Assembly (NCBI GenBank): GCA_028278025.1
Contig: JANQFE010000054.1
Span: forward strand, 4,160 to 68,159
DNA: 64,000 nucleotides
Source: Thermodesulfobacteriota bacterium
GTDB taxonomy: Bacteria > Desulfobacterota > WTBG01 > CAIYCZ01 > CAIRTM01
Direction: 5' to 3'
Shown here: positions 20,359-28,257 of the stretch, piece by piece
Position numbering within the stretch: position 1 is the first letter of the stretch
Layout of the letters: each line of letters opens with the position of its first letter
Program-made: the position numbers and the translations under genes
Notes under the pieces: generated by a model
The model's input: only the letters and a program-made list of their open reading frames with translations
The model's database searches: none
What the model was told of the DNA's origin: nothing

Positions 20359-20420
20359 TTACCAATCACGAATTACCTGTCACGCCATAGCTTCAGCGAC
20401 GGTGGACGAATTACGAATTA
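20356..20420. repeat. Short dispersed intergenic repeat motif (core about AATTCGTGATTGGTAATT / TTCGTAAYTCGT). Related copies at 18161..18195 and 60783..60812
   Basis: Minus strand here: ccttAATTCGTAATTCGTcc…ggtAATTCGTGATTGGTAATTgg. At 60783: gATTCGTAACTCGTGATTGGTGATTAGTA. At 18161: tTTCGTGATTAGTAActtGTAATTCGTGATgg. All three lie in short intergenic spacers. Confidence 0.35.
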
Positions 20421-20966
20421 AGGTTTTTTAATTTGTTTCATAAACCGCTCCTTAATTGCGCGCGGCTCCAGAGGAATCACAGGAACCTCTTCATTCCCCG
20501 GTTCTACCTCTGCAACTATTATTGTCTTTTGCTCTCTGCACCTGGCAAGTGCATTGCAAAGCTCTGTAACGGACTTCACCCTAACAACATACTTATTCCC
20601 CGCACTGTGTGCTATTTCAGCCAAATCTGCTTTTTGGGAAGTATATGTTGGCTGATTGCCTGTGCTGCCGTAAACTTTGTTGTCTATAATAATAAGACAG
20701 AAATTATCAGGTGCATGGTGTGCTATGGTGACCAGAGAACCCATGTTCATTAAAATCGATCCATCACCATCAATCACATAGACAAAGTGTGAACTGCTCA
20801 GTGCCAGCCCAAGACCTATCGAGCTTGCCAGCCCCATCGATCCCAGCATATAGAAATATGCAGGTTTATCGGCAAACGCATAGAGTTCGCGGGAAGGAAA
20901 ACCAAGATTGGCAACCACTAAGCCCTCCTGCCTGGCAACTTCTTTTATAGCATCACCTCGCTTCAT
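20418..20966 (-). CDS. comE: Sulfopyruvate decarboxylase beta subunit (TPP-binding)
   Basis: TPP-binding motif …GSMGLASSIGLGLAL… and …VIDGDGS…N. The start was placed at MKRGDAIKE, so it overlaps the comD stop by 14 nt, the same overlap as at comA/comB. Confidence 0.7.
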   Translation of the reverse strand: MKRGDAIKEVARQEGLVVANLGFPSRELYAFADKPAYFYMLGSMGLASSIGLGLALSSSHFVYVIDGDGSILMNMGSLVTIAHHAPDNFCLIIIDNKVYGSTGNQPTYTSQKADLAEIAHSAGNKYVVRVKSVTELCNALARCREQKTIIVAEVEPGNEEVPVIPLEPRAIKERFMKQIKKP

Positions 20967-21456
20967 CCCAAAGCTCACCTGTAATGAATGCAGCCTGTAA
21001 TAAGCTGCTGTTATATGTCTCTTTGATAAAAGTTTTAAGATTTTCAAGATCCGCTTGTGCAGTTACGGACAGATAATCTATCTTTAGTGTATCTAACAGC
21101 AAAGGGGCTGCTTTTCCCATAGGAATCTGGGCTGATATTTTTTCACCCTGGCCGCCCCGATGACTCATGAGCATAAACAAGGGCAAATGATACAGGGCCG
21201 TAAGCGACATAAGGGCGTTAATGCAGTTGCCCAGTCCTGAATTTTGCATCAGCAGTGCTGGTTTTCTGCCTGCCAGCGCAGCGCCTGCAGCAATACCAAC
21301 ACCCTCCTCCTCCCTGCAAACAGTAATATGCTGAATGGAAAGCCGTGTATCTATTTCAGACAGAATACCTGTCAGCATATTACAGGGTAAACTCACGACA
21401 ATATCAATTCCGGCAGATTCCATTACATCAACTATGAGTCTATCTACCATAAACAC
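20953..21456 (-). CDS. comD: Sulfopyruvate decarboxylase alpha subunit
   Basis: About 167 aa with a TPP-enzyme N-terminal pyrimidine-binding domain (…VSLPCNMLTG…, …GIAAGAALAG…). The split alpha/beta arrangement is typical of ComDE rather than fused phosphonopyruvate decarboxylase. Confidence 0.7.
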   Translation of the reverse strand: MFMVDRLIVDVMESAGIDIVVSLPCNMLTGILSEIDTRLSIQHITVCREEEGVGIAAGAALAGRKPALLMQNSGLGNCINALMSLTALYHLPLFMLMSHRGGQGEKISAQIPMGKAAPLLLDTLKIDYLSVTAQADLENLKTFIKETYNSSLLQAAFITGELWDEAR

Positions 21457-21493
21457 ATTCCCTATTGCCTATTCACTATTCCCTGTTTACTGT

Positions 21494-22144
21494 TCACGGA
21501 GCAATAGTAACAATTTTCTTTCCATCAAAATGCGGGATAACATTAAATATATTGACACGTGTGATAAAATCAATATCTTTACCATAGCCGATATTTATCA
21601 GATGTTGTGCTGCTTGTGATTCTCGTGCAAAGCAGGTTATCAGACTCGTATCAAATATAGTCCTGCTCATACAGGCTTGCAGAGCAAAGGCTACACCAAG
21701 ATCCTCTGTAGCGCCCTTGTGTCCCCCTACTGCAAGTATACAGACGTTTTTGTTTTCAAGATAGGCTGCAATTGATGCAAGATTAAGACTGGAACAGATC
21801 AATGCCTCAGGTAGTCGGCTGAGCAGTGGTATTAAATTTGAAGTTTTAAGGACCAGTGTGGTAAATGGTGATGTATTATAAAATTCTACAAGCTCCACCG
21901 GGGAATTGCCTAAATCGTAGCCCTCAATTTTCTCTCCTCCGGATTCCCCGGCAATAACAGCTCCATTATTCCGTAAAGCAAAAGCCTCTTCATCATCCAG
22001 GACAGGCATTATTTTTTCAACACCAAGAGCCAGTGCAGTTACTATGGTGCTCGAAGCCCGCAGGTTATCAATAACTACCACAGCCTCTTGTGCGCTTATC
22101 TCATCCAGCAACGTGTTGCCGATACCTATCCTATAATTTGCCAC
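21494..22144 (-). CDS. comB: 2-phosphosulfolactate phosphatase
   Basis: ComB family (PF04029-like) pattern. A probable GTG start (VANYRIG…) gives a 14-nt overlap with comA. Confidence 0.65.
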   Translation of the reverse strand: MANYRIGIGNTLLDEISAQEAVVVIDNLRASSTIVTALALGVEKIMPVLDDEEAFALRNNGAVIAGESGGEKIEGYDLGNSPVELVEFYNTSPFTTLVLKTSNLIPLLSRLPEALICSSLNLASIAAYLENKNVCILAVGGHKGATEDLGVAFALQACMSRTIFDTSLITCFARESQAAQHLINIGYGKDIDFITRVNIFNVIPHFDGKKIVTIAP

Positions 22145-22907
22145 ATGTGTCGCCTCGAATGCCCCGTCTGAGTGTTTCCAGGGGTATAACATCGTCAGGC
22201 TTAATATTGCCCAGATTTACATCACTGTTAAAAAGTATAATAAGACGAGCCTGCTGGCTTTTATCCGGAGCTTCAAACATAATATTTTCAATGCCAATGC
22301 TGTCTACCAGCTGTTGTGCCATCTCTTCTTTGAGTCCTCCAGTATCATCATAGACCCCCAGGCTTTTGCCTCCTTCCCTGGCTTCTATAATAATGAGATG
22401 GGCTCCTGCTTCCAGATCACTTTGGGCCTCGGTTGTGCGGTCCTCCAAGGAAAGCTTGCGGTCTTCTGCAGGATCTTTCTTGCCGACCTCAGAGATAACA
22501 TAAAAACCCATTGCCCGGGCAGTCCGTATAATCTCTGCCTTCTGTTCAATATTTATAGGTACTACTCCATTGGATACCTCAATAATCTCAAAACCAAACC
22601 CCTGGCAATATTCAAGGAACTGTTCTAATTTTTTTTGCTGATACATAATTTCAAGCAGCGTACCGCCATTGCCAACCCGAATAGCATGTTTGCGGTAAAC
22701 ACTAATTTTCTCACGAATTATATCCTCTGAAAAAAGCCGTGGTGTACCCCACCCCAGTTTTATTATATCAATGTATACAGCCATATGCATGAGATCCTGC
22801 ACATGATGCAACCCTAACCCCTTATCAAGAACCATGGTAAGCCCTTTTCGTCTCGGCTTTTCGCTGCGTACAGGTATATCCAGAAAACCAAATGCGTTAT
22901 CTTTCAT
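22131..22907 (-). CDS. comA: Phosphosulfolactate synthase
   Basis: …YIDIIKLGWGT… is the hallmark (2R)-phospho-3-sulfolactate synthase motif. The start was placed at MKDNAFGF. Confidence 0.7.
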   Translation of the reverse strand: MKDNAFGFLDIPVRSEKPRRKGLTMVLDKGLGLHHVQDLMHMAVYIDIIKLGWGTPRLFSEDIIREKISVYRKHAIRVGNGGTLLEIMYQQKKLEQFLEYCQGFGFEIIEVSNGVVPINIEQKAEIIRTARAMGFYVISEVGKKDPAEDRKLSLEDRTTEAQSDLEAGAHLIIIEAREGGKSLGVYDDTGGLKEEMAQQLVDSIGIENIMFEAPDKSQQARLIILFNSDVNLGNIKPDDVIPLETLRRGIRGDTCGKL

Positions 22908-23460
22908 GGTACGCGTCCATCCTTTTACTAAATATACATCCACAGTATTGTTGACGATAAAATCCGTAACGCCGGCTTAATTCACAACTTTTTCTGAAAC
23001 CATCTTTTTTTTTGAAATCATACTCAAGAAACTGTATTTTGTATTCTTTAGCCGCTTCAGTACCAATCGTATTAATGACACGGGCATTTTTGTGAGGACT
23101 TATCGTAAGTGTTGTTGTGACGTTCGGTATACCTTTCTGGTGAGCAGCCTCAGCTACCTTTGCAAGCCTTATCCGAAAGCACATAGTGCATCTGTGTTTA
23201 CCCTCTGGTTCATCTTCCAACCCCCTTATCTGTGCAAACCAGGCTGATGCATCATACTGTGGGACTATAAGCTTTATTTTTTTTATTTCACAAAGCTTTT
23301 CTAGATCCTTCAGACGTTTTGAATATTCGCTTTCTGGCTGGATGTTAGGGTTGTAAAAAAAAGCGGTGATTCTGTATGTTTGTGAAAGCGTATCAATAAC
23401 ATGCGCAGTGCATGATGCACAACAGGTATGCAGCAGAAGTTCTTCGTTCACGCTCTGCAC
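22897..23460 (-). CDS. queH: Epoxyqueuosine reductase QueH (DUF208)
   Basis: LLLHTCCASC and the C-terminal CGC cysteines are typical of QueH. GTG start. Confidence 0.7.
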   Translation of the reverse strand: MQSVNEELLLHTCCASCTAHVIDTLSQTYRITAFFYNPNIQPESEYSKRLKDLEKLCEIKKIKLIVPQYDASAWFAQIRGLEDEPEGKHRCTMCFRIRLAKVAEAAHQKGIPNVTTTLTISPHKNARVINTIGTEAAKEYKIQFLEYDFKKKDGFRKSCELSRRYGFYRQQYCGCIFSKRMDAYHER

Positions 23461-23905
23461 GACAGTTCCTATCTTCTTTTGCCCCTGCCGATCCGTTTCA
23501 CTTTTCTTTTACGGCGCTTTCTTTTAGCTGTTTGCTGTCGGCTGATTTTGCCCATCTTTACTCCTTAATAAGTATTAAAGAAAATATAAGTTTTACCTGT
23601 AGTATTACGTTCTTTCTTGCAATTCAGTAAGCAATTTTCATCTTTTACTATTCACTATCTTAAGCAAATGTTACAGAGCCTACAAAAGTATCTCATTTTC
23701 CTGTTCATTTCAACTATTTTTCTGGTGTAGCTGTTTGCTCAAGAATATGCCGGTTTTTTTAAATAGTAATAAATACTTTATTATAAAAAATCATAATAAT
23801 ACCGCATACAAAAAAAGCCCCTGAACCATGTCAGGGGCTTATTACATACATGCATATCCACTCCTGAGGACTTGCTGCTATTAGGCTGGCATAATATAAA
23901 AAAAT

Positions 23906-24109
23906 CTACGCAATCTTTTTTGTGCCTACACGTGCGATTTCGTCAATGGTTTCTCTGTTGTATCTCCAGGAACTGCCGATTCTGAAACCAGGGATCTCAC
24001 CCTTTTGTGTAAGTTTATATACAGTTATCTTAGAAAGTTTAAGATATTCTGCAACTTCATCGACTGTCATAATGATTGAATCAGTCTTTTCCTTTTTTTC
24101 CTTCTTCAT
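23906..24109 (-). CDS. Excisionase/MerR-type helix-turn-helix DNA-binding protein
   Basis: MTVDEVAEYLKLSKITVYKLTQKGEIPGFRIGSSWRY matches the excisionase-family HTH_17 pattern. Confidence 0.6.
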   Translation of the reverse strand: MKKEKKEKTDSIIMTVDEVAEYLKLSKITVYKLTQKGEIPGFRIGSSWRYNRETIDEIARVGTKKIA

Positions 24110-24504
24110 CCTTTATCACTCCTTTCGCTAAAGCATTTTCCCCTGAAGGTACGGACTGTATGCTTTGATTTTCTGTGTATTGCATATGTACACATTATAA
24201 ATTATATAAAATTTTTTGAAAAAGTCAATATTCTTCTTAAATTAATAGCTGCTTTGAAAAATATTACATATTACATGAGGTTATAAAATATTGCAAGCAG
24301 ATTTAATTATTATGTAAAAATATCGTTTGATACTTTACTGTGAAACAATGATAATTAACGTAACTTATTGTAAAAGCTCTAATTTATTGTAATATTGGTT
24401 TGGATTATAAAATAATTTCTTTTGTATTTACTATGATGCTATTTTATTATATATTTATTATTATAACGTTAAAGCTAATCGTTTGCAATTAAAGGACTTT
24501 GTAA

Positions 24505-24866
24505 TGGCTGATGATTATGATTTGCATGTAAAACCTATTGATCAGCATAAAGGATTTGGTGAACAGCACAAGCAGGGCAAGAAAAAGAAAAGGAGAAAAC
24601 CGGATAATCACAGTGAAGCAAAGGACCATGTGAAGGACCTGGCACTGACCGTGGAACGGGTGAATGGATTGCTTACCAACAAGAAGTCACCCTATCGTTT
24701 TTCTATTGAACAGAAACAAGATGAAATTTTCATTCATCTCATTATCCTTGATGAACAGGGTAATCCTCAAAAAAAGATAAAAGAGAATATAACTCACCAG
24801 GAATTTACAAAAATAATTGAACAGATTGAAAAACTTGATGGTTTCTTAGTAGACTATACGGTATAA
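24505..24866 (+). CDS. FlaG-like protein
   Basis: The C-terminal half (RFSIEQKQDEIFIHLIILDEQGNPQKKI…ITHQEFTKIIEQIEKLDGFLVDYTV) follows the FlaG pattern (RFS.DEETGR..V.V.D.ETGEVIR.IP.EE..…L.GLLVD). The start was moved to the ATG after AAAGGA. Confidence 0.45.
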
Positions 24867-25184
24867 AGACAGTAATGAGTAACGAGCAATGAGTGCTGAA
24901 AAAAAATAGCTTATGGAACATTTGGGGTCAGGCTAACCTTTTTAACTCTTGTGTAACATGACAGGAGTCTTAGATTGAGAATGGTTGGAGGGTGTTTAAA
25001 ACAGTGCTGAGAGAACTGGATTCTGGATGCTATTTGCTTGATGCTGGATAATAAATGTAAAACGAAAAGCGTAAGATGTAAAGCGAGAGATCAGCTAAAG
25101 GCTGGTAAACAAAATTGTCGGATTTTATTTCATTCTATCCGACCTACCGGCTAACTCAAAAGTGGCTCATACAAAGGGGTAAAG

Positions 25185-25400
25185 TCAAGACAACCTACCC
25201 AAAGAACCGTTCAGAAAAAACATATATAATAAAACCACAGAAAATATGACGTTTAATAGTCCTAAAAATAAAGGAAGGCCAACAGCCATTTTACGTCCTT
25301 TTATACCAAGAAAAGGACTTTTAGGCTTAGGCAGTTTCTCTCCTGCGATCTCTTCACATTTATTCATATACTGTGAATCCCTATGCATTAGTAAACTCAC
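25185..25400 (-). CDS. Small hypothetical membrane protein
   Basis: 71-aa ORF with one strongly hydrophobic C-terminal helix, in a low-GC islet. Confidence 0.2.
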   Translation of the reverse strand: MSLLMHRDSQYMNKCEEIAGEKLPKPKSPFLGIKGRKMAVGLPLFLGLLNVIFSVVLLYMFFLNGSLGRLS

Positions 25401-25486
25401 GTATACTAGAAGAACAGCACTTAAAAATAAAACACATATGCTTATAATAAATTGAGAAACTCTGTATATGCTATCTTCCTGAAAAT

Positions 25487-26554
25487 TTACAGATACTTTT
25501 TTCTATCATCATCCTCTTTCAGCAGTTCTACCACCCCTTTAACATCCTGGACTTTATCTGCATCGCAAATCAGCAGGGCATCCTCTGTATCCACAACAAT
25601 AAGATTGCTTACGCCCACAACGGCAGTAAGTTTTTTGGGAGAGTGCACCAGGTTGGACTGGGAATCTATGGCAACCACATCCCCACGCAGCACATTTTCG
25701 TTTTCATCCTTTGGGGAAAGATCAAATATTGCCGACCAGCTTCCGATATCATTCCAGCCAAAATCACCCGTGAGCGTAAGCACATTGGTTGTCTTTTCCA
25801 ACACACCATAGTCAATGGAGATGGAAACGGTTCTTTCATATGCGGATATGATTGCCTGTTCGATATCAGGCGTGTGCCACAAAGGTTCAATCGCTGTAAT
25901 GGTGGAATATAGTTCGGGAAGGTGTTTTTCTATTTCCTGCAGAATAGTAGACACCTTCCATACAAACATACCGCTGTTCCACAGGTAATTGCCTTTTTGA
26001 AGGTACTCCGCGGCTTTTTGTGCATCCGGTTTTTCATGGAAACAGGTAACCCGGCAGGTTTGCGATTCTCCATCCAGCTGTCGGTCAAACTCTATATAGC
26101 CGTAACCGGTCTCGGGTGCCTGTGGTTTAATACCGATAGTGATCAGTGTACTGTGTGTGCGAGCCGCTTCTTCGGCCTTATGAATACACCTGTAGAAAGC
26201 CTCGCGGTCAGCAATGTAATGATCGGCCGGTAAAACAGCCATTACTGCTTCAGGATCACGCTGGTGTATCCAGGTTGCCGCAAGACAAATACATGCGGCC
26301 GTATTCCTGCCAAAGGGCTCGGCAATGATGTTCTCTGCAGGTAATTGGGGAAGCTGGGCTTTTAGTTCCTGCGCCTGCTGCTTATTGGTAACTACTATAA
26401 TCCTGTCATGATCAACAAGCGGTTCAATTCTTTCTACCGTTTCCTGTATCATGGTCTTACTGCTGATAATATCAAGGAGCTGCTTAGGCTTGGCAGCCCT
26501 GCTTCGGGGCCAAAAGCGTGTTCCTTTACCACCTGCCATGATTACGACGTACAT
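25487..26554 (-). CDS. manC: Mannose-1-phosphate guanylyltransferase (GDP-mannose pyrophosphorylase)
   Basis: VVIMAGGKGTRFWP and the nucleotidyl-transferase fold. The start was placed at MYVVIM. Confidence 0.8.
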   Translation of the reverse strand: MYVVIMAGGKGTRFWPRSRAAKPKQLLDIISSKTMIQETVERIEPLVDHDRIIVVTNKQQAQELKAQLPQLPAENIIAEPFGRNTAACICLAATWIHQRDPEAVMAVLPADHYIADREAFYRCIHKAEEAARTHSTLITIGIKPQAPETGYGYIEFDRQLDGESQTCRVTCFHEKPDAQKAAEYLQKGNYLWNSGMFVWKVSTILQEIEKHLPELYSTITAIEPLWHTPDIEQAIISAYERTVSISIDYGVLEKTTNVLTLTGDFGWNDIGSWSAIFDLSPKDENENVLRGDVVAIDSQSNLVHSPKKLTAVVGVSNLIVVDTEDALLICDADKVQDVKGVVELLKEDDDRKKYL

Positions 26555-26598
26555 ATGCTCCTCCTTCCCGAAGAATTTTTCACTCATCAAACAAGGGG

Positions 26599-27387
26599 TT
26601 ATACTTTACAGGCATCACGCCAGTCCCCTAAAAACAGGAGCAGCTCTTCCGGTGGGACCAACCATATATCTGCACTGGTGGAGCGCAGCTCCCGGCGTAC
26701 CAGTATGCGCAGTCCTTTTCCCTCAAGCTCATGAAATGCATCTTCATCGGTAGTATCATCACCCAGGTATGCAGCTGCACAATCAGCATCTGATTCAGAA
26801 AGTATCTGCCGCACGGCATCACCCTTATTTTTGCCGGGTATTCTGAATTCGAACCCGCCATCAAATTCTTTTAGTTCAAGATGGTTGCTATGCGGAATAA
26901 GGAACCAGTTGTCCTTAACCTTTTCTTTAATCAGCTCAATGCGTCTTTGGCCCAATCCCCGCCAATGCAAAGCAACGCATGCCGGTTTGGGTTCACACAG
27001 CTCGTATAGACCTTCTTGCTGGAGCCAGTCCTCGGCACAGGTAAGTGCTTTAAGAGCATGCTCGGGTATTGCAGCAATCCGGCAGGAACTGTCCGGCAGC
27101 ATTCTTTCCCAGCCATGGGAGCCCCAGATTTCCGGTCTCCTGTTCAGGTGTATAAGCTTAAGCAAATCTTTTGTCCAGCGCCCGCTAACCAGCACAACTC
27201 TACACAACTGTGTCTCCATAATGGCATTTAATAACTCTTCTACACCTTTATATGGTACAGCCTCGTCCCTTTTGGTTTTAAACGGGGCCAGCGTACCGTC
27301 ATAATCAAGCATAAGAATACGCTGACGGGACTCGGCCAGTCGAGCAAAAAAATCATTTAATGCTATTTTATTGTTAAGTACTTTCAA
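26599..27387 (-). CDS. otsB: Trehalose-6-phosphate phosphatase-like HAD-IIB phosphatase
   Basis: LDYDGTL and YLGDDTTDEDAF are signatures of OtsB-type phosphatases. Confidence 0.65.
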   Translation of the reverse strand: MKVLNNKIALNDFFARLAESRQRILMLDYDGTLAPFKTKRDEAVPYKGVEELLNAIMETQLCRVVLVSGRWTKDLLKLIHLNRRPEIWGSHGWERMLPDSSCRIAAIPEHALKALTCAEDWLQQEGLYELCEPKPACVALHWRGLGQRRIELIKEKVKDNWFLIPHSNHLELKEFDGGFEFRIPGKNKGDAVRQILSESDADCAAAYLGDDTTDEDAFHELEGKGLRILVRRELRSTSADIWLVPPEELLLFLGDWRDACKV

Positions 27388-27454
27388 TATTTTATCTATA
27401 TTGTATAATATTTTATGTTAAGTAAAAAAAATTGGGCAGATTACCGGTAAATTT

Positions 27455-28123
27455 CTATACAGGCTGATTTATAAGTCGCACAACCGGCGTGCTCTCAAAA
27501 AAATCAATAATATTCAAACAGGCATAGGCCTGGTCAATTTTAACAAGGTTATTAAGGTCAAGCCCCAGCACGTGACACAGAATCACCCTGTTGACACCCC
27601 CATGCGCTACAAGCAAAATATTTTCTCCCCTGTGCTTTTTGATACATGCCTCAAGTTGAGGAATAACCCGTTCATATACGTCCTTGAAACTTTCACCACC
27701 GCTAACTCTGAATGTTGCCAGATTTGATGATCGTTCATCAAATTCCTCTTTATACTCAGTTACTATTTCCTCAAGGGTCATGCCTTCCCAATGACCGATA
27801 TTAATCTCACGAAATTCCTTATAGCTCACCGGGGTAAGACCGATCATTGCACCAATAATCTCAGCTGATTTTACACATCGCTGTAAATCACTTGCCAGCA
27901 CGTGATGTATATTTTCCTGCAGCAGCCGTATGCCAAGCTTTTTTATCTGATTAACACCATTATCATTAAGTTCAACATCCATGTGGCCTACATAGCGCCA
28001 TTCTCTGGACGTTGTCAATTCACCATGCCGCACCAGATACAGCCGTGTCCTGTTATCACTATTACTTTCGAGTTCCTGCTGGATTGAAACTGTTTTATGC
28101 ATTGTGACTTGTTGGCTGCTCAT
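27455..28123 (-). CDS. Histidine phosphatase family protein (phosphoglycerate-mutase-like)
   Basis: LVRHGE … AHGG match the catalytic motifs. Confidence 0.7.
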   Translation of the reverse strand: MSSQQVTMHKTVSIQQELESNSDNRTRLYLVRHGELTTSREWRYVGHMDVELNDNGVNQIKKLGIRLLQENIHHVLASDLQRCVKSAEIIGAMIGLTPVSYKEFREINIGHWEGMTLEEIVTEYKEEFDERSSNLATFRVSGGESFKDVYERVIPQLEACIKKHRGENILLVAHGGVNRVILCHVLGLDLNNLVKIDQAYACLNIIDFFESTPVVRLINQPV

Positions 28124-28257
28124 ACTATTATCAGATCTTAAAAGCCTTTGTTAGAAAGTGTGCCGGATTTTTAAGGAAGGTAAGCTGCAGACTGTTTGTG
28201 ACAGGGATTATGAATCTTACATGTGTTCTTGTGCTACATTCTTCATATCCCCGGTGT

